From: Thalia democratica
Lineage: Eukaryota
Assembly (NCBI GenBank): GCA_965202585.1
Contig: OZ241829.1
Coordinates: 65,968,001 to 66,032,000 of the forward strand
Direction: 5' to 3'
DNA length: 64,000 nt
In this document: positions 1 through 12,148 of the stretch, piece by piece
How the letters are laid out: the number at the start of each line of letters is the position of its first letter
Numbering within the stretch: position 1 is the first letter of the stretch
Notes under the pieces: model-generated
The model's database searches: none
The model's input: the letters and a program-made list of their open reading frames with translations, nothing else
What the model was told of the DNA's origin: nothing
Position numbers and translations under genes: made by a program

Positions 1-272
1 TAAAACAAATTTAACCATTATAACTATCCTGAAATAGGTTAATAAAAAATACATTAAAAACATATAAATCAAATTACCACACTAGATAGTTTTGTATAAT
101 TATTAATTTTTTGGTTGTAAACAAAAAACTTTTGTTCGCTTTTTCGATTAGTTTTTCTCAATAAAGCAGCAATATTTTACTGAGTACAGCTTGGTACTTT
201 TTATCTATCTTGCTCAATATTTCATTTTAACGTTTGTTATTGCTTGTAATCAAGTACTCTCAAATCTACTTA

Positions 273-611
273 CAGGTTTGCCACTTTATCTGATAATATA
301 GAAAAACCTGGAATTTTGAAGAAAAATCACCAAAAAACCTGGAATTTTAAACAATTTTTACATGTTATGTCGAAAAATCTTGATATAACGCAAAAAAATT
401 ATCATATAGAATTTTTTTTGGTCATCATCAAAATTAAAAACACATTTAAAGTAGCTTAACCGTATGTTTTCAATGTTTTTATATATTTAACGCAGTTTTT
501 ACCTTAAATTCTACTTAAAACTAAAAATAGACCGAAACATGTGTACTTTTCAAAACTTGGAGGAAATTCTGAAAACCTGGATATTTTTTTTTTAAATGAC
601 TGATAGCTCTG
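273..611. mobile_element. MITE embedded in the macrosatellite unit (representative copy), TA-flanked, Tc1/mariner-like
   Basis: ta|CAGGTTTGCCACT ... ACTGATAGCTCTG|ta. Better-preserved ends in other units: CAGGGTTGTCACT near 34093 and ACTGATAACCCTG|ta near 36063 and 37087. The internal sequence matches the free copy at 29817. Confidence 0.7.
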
Positions 612-1475
612 TACTAACTAACTAATAGCTCATCAAGATCCGCCTTAACTGCGTTGTTAAACTAATATGGTTTTTATATCGTTAGTGATTGTTTCAAAAT
701 TTTTCTTTAAGAAAAAGCCGTTTGTTCATTGATAATGTCAATAAATTATAAAAACTTTGTGAGTAAATAGTTTGGTTTGTATTTTATTAGACAGTTTATT
801 TCTGAGCTCTAATACTTTTTTGATTGAACAAAATTATTAAACTGTCTGAAATTATAATATCTGGAATTTGTTCTGACCCCGGATTTACGGCTTACTTGAA
901 TTTCTACATCTATTTTAAGGTATTATTGGTTTAGTTAAATACATTTATGTGATGTCATAGTTCAGAATACTTCCTCAGTTTTCGATATCAGTCGCTTTCT
1001 TTTTGGGACTTGTATCTTTTTTATGGTGTCATATTAACGGTGTTGTTTTGAGAAAAACTCAAATTATTTTCATTCTATATTTCAGAAAACTCGAATATGT
1101 AAATAATCAAGAATAAGTTTTTGAATAATTCAGTAGTTAAACTGGTTTTTGCATTTTTAAACATTTGTCTGTCTTTTTTAGTCAACTGTAATTGATTAGA
1201 CATACACGACACGGCATAATTACATTTATAAACATTAGTTCTGTAATTTAAAAAAAATCAAAATGGAAGAATAAATCTGTGTCAACAAGGTATTTGAAAT
1301 TTAGCATGATTTTTTTAGTTTAGAAAACATAATAACACGTACAGAAATTTTAAAAGTAATTTAATGATTAGAAATTAATCATTTTGAACGAATTTGTAAT
1401 CTTGCCTTTGTATACTAATGGTTTAATAAATTGTGTGTACAATCTGGCTCAAGTAAAACACCTTAATACTAACAG

Positions 1476-1614
1476 CCTGAAGGAATTGAGCAGTGCTTTT
1501 TGGAATCAGTTATATTCATGAATGAAGACGATGAAGCACTTTCGGACGCATTCGAGATAATTTACCCTGAAAATGTTGTACCAGGATGCGAAAGAGTGTC
1601 ACTGTACATTTACG
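1476..1614 (+). other. 139-nt exon-like conserved core of the macrosatellite unit (representative copy)
   Basis: tactaacag|CCT GAA GGA ... TAC ATT TAC G|gtagga. Reads PEGIEQCFLESVIFMNEDDEALSDAFEIIYPENVVPGCERVSLYIY. No indels in any copy. No protein family recognised. Confidence 0.4.
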
Positions 1615-4600
1615 GTAGGATTGGTTAAATACAGAACTTTCCATTAATTTTTAGACAAATAACTTATTTAAAAAAATATTATATAGTGTGGTCTATTACA
1701 AAAGAAAATTATTTTATAATTTTAAATATATAAACCAAATTTAACCATTATAACTATCCTGAGATAAGTTAATAAAAAATACATTAAAAACATATAAATC
1801 AAATTACCACACTAGATAGTTTTGTACAATTACTTATTTTTTGGTTGTAAACTAAAAACTTTTGTTCGCTTTTTCGATTAGTTTTTCTCAATAAAGCAGC
1901 AATATTTTACTGAGTACAGCTTGGTACTTTTTATCTATCTTGCTCAATATTTCATTTTAACGTTTGTTATTGCTTGTAATCAAGTACTCTCAAATCTACT
2001 TACAGGTTTGCCACTTTATCTGATAATATAGAAATACCTGGAATTTTGAAGAAAAATCAACAAAAAACCTGGAATTTTAAACTATTTTTACATGTTATGT
2101 CGAAAAATCTTGATATAACGCAAAAAAAATTATCATATAGAATTTTTTTTGGTCATCATCAAAATTAAAAACACATTTAAAGTAGCTTAACCGTATGTTT
2201 TCAATGTTTTTATATATTTAACGCAGTTTTTACCATAAACTCAATTTTAAACTAAAAATAGACCGAAACATGTGTACTTTTCAAAACTTGGAGGAAATTC
2301 TGAATACCTGGATATTTTTTTTTTAAATGACCGATAGCTCTGTACTAACTAACTATTAGCTCATTCAGATCCACCTTAACTGCGTTGTTAAACTAAGATG
2401 GTTTTTATATCGTTAGTGATTGTTTCAAAATTTTTTCTTTAAGTTTAAATAAGAAAAAGCCGTTTGTTCATTGATAATGTCAATAAATGATGAAAACTTT
2501 GTGAGTAAATAGTTTGGTTTGTATTTTATTAGACAGTTTATTTCTGAGCTCTAAAGCTTTTTTGATTGAACAAAATTATTAAACTGTCTGAAATTATAAT
2601 ATCTGGAATTTGTTCTGACCCCGGATTTACGGCTTACTTGAATTTCTACATCTATTTTAAGGTATTATTGGTTTAGTTAAATACATTTTTGTGATGTCAT
2701 AGTTCAGAATACTTCCTCAGTTTTCGATATCAGTCGCTTTCTTTTTGGGACTTGTATCTTTTTTATGGTGTCATATTAACTGTGTTGTTTTTGAGAAAAA
2801 CTCAAATTATTTTCATTCTATATTTCAGAAAACTCGAAAATGTAAATAATCAAGAATAAGTTTTTGAATAATTCATTAGTTAAACTCGTTTTTGCATTTT
2901 TAAACATTTGTCTGTCTTTTTTAGTCAACTGTAATTGATTATACATACACGACACGGCATAATTACATTTTATAAACATTAGTTCTGTAATTAAAAAAAA
3001 ATCAAAATGGAAGAATAAATCTGTGTCAACAAGGTATTTGAAATTTAGCTTGATTTTTTTAGTTTAGAAAACATAATAACACGTACAGAAGTTTTAAAAG
3101 TAATTTAATGATTAGAAATTAATCATTTTGAACGAATTTGTATTATTGCCATTGTGTACTAATGATTTAATAAATTGTGTGTACAATCTGGCTCAAGTAA
3201 AACACCTTAATACTAACAGCCTGAAGGAATTGAGCAGTGCTTTTTGGAATCAGTTATATTCATGAATGAAGACGATGAAGCACTTTCGGACGCATTCGAG
3301 ATAATTTACCCTGAAAATGTTGTACCAGGATGCGAAAGAGCGTCGCTGTACATTTACGGTAGGATTGGTTAAATACAGAACTTTCCATTAACTTTTAGAC
3401 AAATTACTTATTTAAATAACGTTTAAAACATTAAAATAATATATTATTTAGTATAACCTATTACAAAAGATATTTGTTTTAGTTTTAAATATATAAACCA
3501 AAGCTAACCATTATAACTATTCTGAAATAAGTTAATAACGAATACATTAAAAACATATAAATTAAATTACCACACTAGATTGTTTTGTATAGTTATATAT
3601 TTTTTGGTTGTTTACGAAAAACTTTTGTTCGCTTTTTTGATTAGCTTTGCTCAATAAAACAGCAGTATTTTATTGATTACAGCTTGATACTTTTTATCTA
3701 CCTTACTCTTTATTTCTTTTTAACATTTGTTATTGCTTGTAATCAAGTACTCTCAAATCTACTTACAGAGTTGCCATTTTACCTGGAATTTTGAATAAAA
3801 ATCACTAAAAAACCTGAAATTTTAATTAATTTTTACATGTTAAGTAGAAATATTTATCATATGAATAATGTTTTGGTCATCATCAAATTTTTTTATTCAT
3901 AAACACATTTAAAGTAGTTTTATAGTATATTTTCAATGTTTTTATACTATTTAACACAGTGTTTTACCTTAAACTCAATTTAAAACTAAAGATAGACCGA
4001 AACATGTGTACTTTTCAAAACTTGGAGGAAATTCTGAAAACCTGGATATATTATTTTAAATGACTGATAGCTCTGTACTAACTAACTAACTATTAGCTCA
4101 TCAAGATCCGCCTTTAATGCGTTGTTAAACTAAGATGGTTTTTATATCGTTAGTGATTGTTTCAAAATTTATTCTTTAAGAAAAAGCCGTTTGCTCATTA
4201 ATAATGTCAATAAATGATGAAAACTTTGTGAGTAAATAGTTTGGTTTGTATTTTATTAGACAGTTTATTTCTGAGCTCTAAAGCTTTTTTGACGGAACAA
4301 AATTATTTAACTGTCTGAAAGAATAATAACAGAAATTTGTTCTGATCCCGGATTTACGGCTTACTTGAATTTCTTTATCTAATTTAAGGTATCATTGGTT
4401 TAGTTAAATACATTTTTGTGACGTCATAATTCAGAATACTTCTTCAGTTTTTGATATCTATAGTTTTCTTTTTTGGTTTTAAATCTTTTCTAAGATGTCG
4501 TTTTAATGGTGTTGATTTTCAGAAAAAAATTATCTTCTTTTTCAGGATGAATGTGAATTTTTATTCAATATCCTTATTTTTCTACGTTTAATTTTCGATA

Positions 4601-5254
4601 ATATATCCCTTTTTCTACAGTATTTGTTTTTAACGTAGTAATCTAGTTCAAGTTTTTTATTATAGAACCAACTAACACGTTTGATGTACTTTTAGTTTAT
4701 ATTAGTGATGAAAGAAACTTTTGTTACTCAAGTTTTTGTAGTTTTATATGGTTGTCTGAACTCAGTGAATACCGCTTGTTCTGTATTTATTTCCTTTCAA
4801 CAACAACAAATAATATTTCTCTATTGTATCTGGTTAGAATCTTTTACAGAACCTTGAAATTGATCTTTATTTGACTTTTGTTCTTCTTAAAATTATTTTA
4901 TATAGTTGTAAATTTATGCAAAGCTGGTTTGTGTTGACCTATCAATTTTACATTTTTGTACGTTTCTTCATTAGCAAACCAAAATGTATTTTTAATTAAG
5001 TTAATAGTTGTTATGTTTTGCGATAAAAATCCACGAATTTCAAAAATGAATTTTGTTATGTTATTTAAATAAGTTTATAATTTAGCTTTGGTTGCAGTGC
5101 AGTTTGTACTTTGCTTTATTTTAAATAAGATTTTTTTTTGACATTGAACAAACAATATTTAATTCTAGTAAGTACGTCTCTTTTTTAAACAGTGTTCTAA
5201 GTAGACTAATTGATTCATTATAATAATATTCAATATAATTCAATATGATAATAA

Positions 5255-5373
5255 GTTTTTATACTATTTAACACATTATCTTACCTTAACTTTAACTTTA
5301 AATTAAAAATAGACCCAAAAAAGTGTACTTTTAAAAACCAGGAAAAAATTTGCCAACAATATTTGGCAACCCT
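5255..5373. mobile_element. Right-end fragment of the CAGGGTTGCCA MITE family
   Basis: Homologous to the right third of the MITE (aaaaatagacccaaaaaagtgtactttt) and ends in TGGCAACCCT. Duplicate at 47013-47131. Confidence 0.6.
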
Positions 5374-8178
5374 ATTTTATGCTATAAACTAGTGTTTTAA
5401 ATATAAAACTAATATTTTTGATTAAAGGGAAAGAAAATCAAACAAATTGAAACTGTAAAGTAAGTTGAACTAAAACTAGATAACACTTAACTAATTTTAA
5501 GTTGAATTTCTCGAATATGTGATTGCTTTTGTGTTAACAATAAAAGTATATATTTCGAAACGCTACTTTTAATTTTGATGCTTTCAAATTTCTTAGTTTT
5601 TACTTATATAATTAAATAACCAACATATCAAGATAGCAAGTTAATCTCAAAATAAACGTTCTCTAAGGTAAATCTATGGTAAATTTTTACAGCTTCAGCT
5701 TAAAAGTTCAACGTTAGTAAAATAGAAATAATAATTTAATATAAAAGCAAGTACTAACTAAATTTTTGAATAAAAGCAAAACTAAATGAACACTTAATTG
5801 AATGAAAATTTTAAACCATTTGTATTTTTGCTGTCATTTTTAAATTTTGTGATGCGCTAAGTTGCAAACTAAGATTTTTAAAGAGTTTCTAACCTATAAC
5901 CGTTCATAAAATTAGTGTTTGACAAAAGTGTGCACATTGAGCAGTAAACTTTGAGAAACCAACTTTAAACTACTTTATTTTTGTTTAATTTTGTATCAAA
6001 CCGTTTCTGAAATTATAAAATTACTGAAGTATTTCTAGAGTATCGAGTTCTTAATTTGCTAAACCTAAATTCTTCGTATATTTTTTAGCTTTAAAATTGA
6101 TATCAAAAGTAAAAGAACAAAAACGTTATGTGTTATTATTAAAATTTTATTTATAAATCTTTTGTTATCCGATTTTTATTTATTTTTCATTCCAGTTTTG
6201 TACCTCAAGTCGTGCTTGTGGCCTCCTTTTCCTGACGCATCTTGTTAGTGTTATTTTACCCATAAAAACAGAACATACTATTAACAGACGAACAATTTTA
6301 TAATTTTACGAAATAGAAACTAAAACTATTTATTATATTTAAAATGTGTAATTTCACAGGTGATCATGAAGAATGACCGAGAAGACGAAAAAAGGACCCG
6401 AGAACCAGAGGCGAAGTAATTAAGAGATACTGAAAATTTGTTCCTACGTCATAGTGTTTCTTACTTTAATAGGTGAATATTGTTTGTTTTCATTTATAAA
6501 TTATAGTTATAGTTGTTAAAATTAGTTGTATTTTAATATTTAAGCATACATTTCAATGTAATTCAGTATAATACAAGTCAAAAGGTAAAATACATTTTAA
6601 AGTAAAGTTTTTTACCATTATTACGTCATTGAATTATTTGGAATGAAGCAGGACCTGACCACAAGGATAGCCTAAACCAGAGGTCGCAGTGAAATTAAAA
6701 AAAAAAAACGTTGTCGCGGTCCACACTTAATTAAATAATTTTAAAAACAAAAATGGGATAAAATATACTATGATAAAGCACTCGTAAATAGTTTTATTAT
6801 GAACATTCAAGTTCTTTTATTTAAAGTAGTGCTTAATGTTATCCGCCATTGAAACTGTCGCTCTACAAACGAAATTTGATTAAATGTTTAGTTATACATA
6901 AAAGTTAAGTGAGCTATCAATTAATTAGCTTCACATGGCGTCAGGTACAAATATGTTGATACTCCTTAAACTTAATTCCTTAATACTCAATAAAAATTAA
7001 AAACCGCAGTCATATTATTCCTGGGCAAAATTATGAGTTAACAGTAGCTTTAAAAGGTCCTAACAGTTCAAAAGAAAAACTTATGGAGTATTTGTTACAT
7101 GTCGTTTTGTTGTAGTAGAAAAATGTAAAAGTTTAAATTACTGTAAACATACATATACACAACTGAATATTTATTTATGTTATTTCGAACATAACCTTTA
7201 GAGTTGTACAACTCAGTACTGTTGACTAAAAAATTTATTTAAGCTTTTTATTTTATAGGTGTTTCGTACTTTTATAAACTAAAAATACATACTCAGCTTG
7301 AATACATTTAATTATATCATTAGTTGTTTAAAAACACAGTAGTAATAAAATTAAAGTTTGCTTTACATTGTTAAGCTTATTAACTGTACCACAAATTTCA
7401 AGTAATTTATTTTTTGATACGCAAAGTTTATGGTAATTTTTAGCTTTGATGATGTTGTTAAAAATATTTTTTTGTTGAGAGTTACTTTTATTATTTACTT
7501 TAAACTTAGAGATTAAAACAAATACAATAATCAAACTTACTATCGAATTTGTAACAACTCAATGAGTAAAAAATGTATTATGTTTATAAAGTTTTCAAAA
7601 TAGTATAGTTATTAATAAAACTTTAAGTACTTTAAAATAAAATATTAAAGTCAAAAACAAAAATAGTGTTGAAGTAAACTTATAAACTGCAGTAATTGTT
7701 ATAAACGAAATTACAAAATGTTAAAAGTTAAATGTTATTAAACTTATATTAATACTTGATCTTTGAAAAATAATAGTTTATCTTAACTTAGATTTAAAAG
7801 TTGTGCAATATTTATATTCTATACAACATTAATTAAACAATTTAAAATTTGAGTTTTTATTCTACACAGTGTTTAATGCGTAATGCAATGATCACGAACT
7901 AAAAACTGTTTAAAGTAAGACTGACAAAGCTATATATACTAAATTATATAAGTCTGTTAAATTGACAAAAATTTCAAAGTCTTAATAACGAATTGAATAA
8001 CTACTACAGAGCTATCATTCAAGTTATTATGAGTGTTAAATTAATTTTTTATACAAAAAACTTATTGGATACAGCTTACAATGAAATGAAAATACAAAAT
8101 ACCAATACGATATAAACACAAGCATAAATGCAACAAACTTAGAAAATGGTAAAATATGCAATTACGGACACGAAAATG

Positions 8179-9660
8179 TTATGATTTTAGATATTTAGCG
8201 AAGTATCTACATTTACCAATTAACTCAGTTCTGGAGTTGAGAGGAGTTTTTGTCAGCGATCGCTATATCCAATTTTTCAATATTATACAGAGTGCATATT
8301 TTGCTCGGTTTGCGTTGATTAATTTTATGCATTATCTTCCATTTAACATTGTTCTTAATCATATGTTCATTGAACTTAGCGGCGTGAAAAAATGAGCTGA
8401 ATTTTGTGGATTCTTTCAGATTTTAATTTCTGCAGCTATGTATATTTTCGTTGTATCTTGTTTTAAAGTTTTTTGCAGTTTCCAAAATAATGCGGTTCTT
8501 TGTTATCATATGAGACAGTAGCTTTGTATATGAAACGTCTGGAAAGGCATTTACCTTCCACTGGGCATGAGATTCTAATTCTACAATTGAAACTTGTTTC
8601 ATTTTTCTTTTTGTTTTTACTTTCCTCTATGATTTTAGACTTGATTTGCTGATTTCGAATTCTATGTTGGGCATACATGAATAACCTATTTTGATTGCCT
8701 CTCTGTTGAGAATTTTATATATATATTTGTTTTTAGGGAAATGCTTATCTACTGATTTAATTTTTTTTTTCCCTATTTTGGTCTTTAATGTTGCTCTAAA
8801 AGGAAGGTTGTAGTATAACACTTGTTTTTTTTTTTTCTATCGCCCCTACCATCATTATGATTTGAGTATTCTAAAACTTTATTAAAACCACTGTTTTTTA
8901 ACGCTTTCTCGTATGATTTCTTGTAATTATCAGACATAGTCTTGTTTTTTGATAAATCAAATAGTATATTTTGTTTCATATTAGTTGGCTCTCTTTTGAC
9001 GCTTGGTTAGATTTTATATTTATGTTTTTTTTCTTTAGCGTTTGGTTTTCTGTGGGGATGATATATCATTCTGTAGATCAAGTAATACATCCAGGAAGTC
9101 TATGTTACTGCTGTCTAATTCAATCTTATTTTTTAAGTTTTGTTCAGAGAAAACCGCTCTAATTTCTTTTCTTGTCTTTTCTATGACTCTTTTTGATCGC
9201 TTTTTAATTTTAGAAATTCCATCATCGCGCTACTACTCGAAGTTATCTTTAGATAAAAATTAGTTTAGGTTATTCAATAGGAACAAAACGATTAACTTGC
9301 AAACTTCAGCGCCATGGTAGCTTCCCATCGGAACGTCAAATAGGTCTTCTTTTGCATTCTTTTTGATCCAAACTTCGTTGACATGCCTGAGAACTGTCTT
9401 GCACGAGTGTAGTATAGTATATATGTCTGAGTATGTTATTTTCATTTATTTTTTTGCAAGTTCGATCGATTTTTTTAGTAACAGATTATTCGAGATACTT
9501 GGGTAGGATTCTTCTATATTAAATTTTATAAACGTGTAACTACTCTTGTTGTTGATTTTATTAAACCATTTTATAACATTATCAATTTTTATCAATTGCT
9601 GTAACTTAGTTTTTTTCTTTAACTTTAATCTAAATTCTTAACAATAATTTAATATTATAA
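8179..9660 (-). mobile_element. Decayed Penelope-like retroelement (RT + C-terminal GIY-YIG endonuclease), 5'-truncated
   Basis: Minus-strand fragments, in order: FIKFNIEESYPSIS (FDIxxFYPSI-like); LFDVPMGSYHGAEVCKLI; **RDDG (9221-9229, decayed YRDD); YSCMPN; FNCRIRISCPVEGKCL..FIYKATV..YFG; LNSRTELIGKCRY with stop at 8179. Many stops and frameshifts. Confidence 0.9.
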
Positions 9661-10432
9661 ACAATCAAATATTAAGTTAAACGCTTGTGCAGCAGCAAAC
9701 AATTAATGTATATGTTATAATACACAACATAAAGGTAATTTTAAAGTAAATAAGATAACTGGTCACTCTTCTTAACATTCTTAAAACTATTGAAAAAATC
9801 AAAGACCTTATGTAAACACAAAAATTTTTTCTTCAATTAAAATATATTGCATTTGGTTTAAATTGTATATTTGTACAAAGTGTTTATCTCCTTCTTTTTA
9901 TTCAAAATTTCATTGCTTGCCTAAGCTTACCGATTTTCTGTATAAGATTCTATTTTTGTTTTGTAGTAACAACTGCCAGAAGTTTTTAAGCAATGGACAT
10001 TAATTAAAACTGAGGATGTTTCTTAAAATCATGTCCTTCATACTAACTTTAAACCTCATAACAGTTTATACTGAAAAAAACTCTATTTATTAAAAATAAG
10101 TAAAGTATTTCAACTAAAACATTAAAAGACTTTAAATTAAAACAGTAATGATAAAACAGAAGCGTTTAAATTTGTGTTATTTTTATCACACATGTTTTAA
10201 TGAATTCACCTTGTTTATATCATAGTTTTAATTATAACTGTATAAAACTATTCGTTTAACTTACAAAAATAACTATTATATACAATAACTTTTACTAACA
10301 ACTTAAAAAGGACTTGGTAATTTGAAACCCTAGGTGATTTAAAATTTTTACAATTATTTTTGTGCAAAAAAAAAACGATGCTCACCTTTTATAACTTAAG
10401 ACGAACTTTCTATAAAAAATAAATAGTCATTC

Positions 10433-11404
10433 TTATGGAAAAAATTAGAAAATTTTGACTCTCTTGAGGTAGCTTACTTAGTAATTTTTGATAAAAAAAA
10501 AGACCTTTCGTCTTTCGACGAAAAGCCTTTAGAAAAAAAAAAGGGAGAAAAAGAAAAAAAAAATGGCGCAAAAAAGCCCCCGACGAGCCGCGGCCGCGGC
10601 TCGTCGGGGGCTTTTTTGCGCCATTTTTTTTTTCTTTTTCTCCCTTTTTCTCTACCAACCGTTCCTTTAACCTCACATTTTTTTCTCAATCCCCAATTTT
10701 TGAAAAAGCAATCCTCCCCCGCTTACTTATAATTGTTTTTTCGAAGCTCCTGCTTCACTTTCAAAATATTTCGCTTCTACTCACCTCTAACTTTTATAGC
10801 GACCATGAGAATAAGCCGCTTTTTCACATGTACTATTTTGAGTGCTTCGCCTTCGCATTTTCTAATATTTCGCCTACTCCGCTTCAGTCGCCCCGGCCGT
10901 AGCTTCACCTCTAGAAATGCTTTAGTTAGTATCACTCAAACGTACTTTTAACTGGGCTGAATCATGTCAGAGCTCGTTCATATACTGCTACGCCTTCTGA
11001 GAGAGCGGCTTCTTTGCTCAACGGCTTGCTTAGGACGGCACGTGCCTTGCTCTCGCTTTACCTTCCCTTGGTGCTTATTCAATCGGCTCTGTTTAATCGC
11101 CTAGCTGCGGTCTTTCGACTCCAGCTCGAGTCGACGGCCACGTCGACTCAAGCTATATGCCTGCAAAAACACTAACACACAACCCGCCTTCACCACGCCT
11201 ACCCGCTTAGACGTCTAGGGATTTATTCATTACAGCTTTACATTGTAAAATCCCTAAGCTGACTAGGTCGTCAGCTCGCTTTCTGGCACACTACAAGTGC
11301 CTCTCTTAATAGTGTAACATTAAGCATACGCGTATGATGCCGAAATGTACGTGTTGAAAAATTTGGCTACCCCAAGAGAGTCAAAATTTTTCTTTCTTTC
11401 ATAA
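10433..11404. mobile_element. ~970-bp inverted-repeat-bounded, hairpin-rich insert (putative non-autonomous element)
   Basis: 10449-10473 aaaattttgactctcttgaggtagc is the reverse complement (24/25) of 11366-11390, extending imperfectly to TTATG...CATAA. The interior is more GC-rich than the flanks, with many stems. No transposase ORF and no clear TSD. Confidence 0.55.
10538..10649. repeat. Perfect 112-bp palindrome with no loop, centred on GCGG|CCGC
   Basis: Checked base by base: all 56 pairs are complementary about the 10593/10594 axis; the first mismatch is 10537/10650. Confidence 0.98.
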
Positions 11405-12148
11405 CATTACATTTTTACAATATTACTTAACTTATATGTGATGCACTTTATATTATCATGTTAACCAACTACACTATACACATCTATAAGGACACTAAGA
11501 GGTACGCATTTGCGTAAAGTACGCACTTACATTAATAATGAGTTAATTTATTAAGTATAAATGTGAAAGTTTTTGCCTTTTTCAAACTTAAATAATGTGT
11601 AACTATATATTATCTTTACTTTATAGCCAAGTACAGTTTTTTTTTCAGTTAAACAGCTATGACGTTTTAGTTGTAACAAATATGGTTCATTTGCATTGCT
11701 AGCTGTTTTAAATATTACAAAGTTACATAAATAAGAAGTTTTTTTTTTAATTAAAACTGAACAAAGATTTTTTATCACATATACATGTTCCTCCTTATAA
11801 CAAACTTAATAACTACATGTGCTTTTATATAACTAACAAGTTTCTAATATAAAATTTTGTTTTATTAATATTTTATTATCTATTAATTAAAAATTAATAT
11901 TTTATTATCTATATGATTTGATTCTTTTAATTTATTTTAATAACATTTTTGAATGTGTGATTATTTTTGAAATTATTATTGTCACTCAGAAAATTTTAAA
12001 AAATAAATGCTAAAGCTTGTTAGCATTTTCATATTAATTAACTTAAATTTCATAACTTAAAACTTATAAATTTTCTTATTAATAATTAATTACAAAACTT
12101 GTAAACTGACTATTTCAATTAAGAAAACATAACCAAACCAGTTTATAA

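Larger units (their letters stand above)
1..4530 (+). repeat. Macrosatellite, ~1.74-kb units (2 full units plus a partial third)
   Basis: Unit start aaatttaaccattataactatcc recurs at ~8, ~1738 and (variant) ~3499. Conserved cores at 1476 and 3220. Homology fades after ~4530. Confidence 0.95.

Noticed and set aside
1476-1614. Satellite core as a hammerhead ribozyme, C/D snoRNA or pre-miRNA
   Set aside because: No CUGANGA/GAAA core, only a degenerate box C, and only a 7-bp agtgctt/aagcact stem; not enough support.
7328-8395. Short ORFs 7328-7534 and 8156-8395 (also 11551-11778, 21791-22003, 26973-27185)
   Set aside because: AT-rich chance ORFs, or antisense to the Penelope-like relic; no motifs.
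10410-10689. Lys/Phe-rich ORFs (88 aa and 71 aa) over the palindrome, also at 52168-52447
   Set aside because: They are translations of the A/T tracts and palindrome arms; no protein signature.
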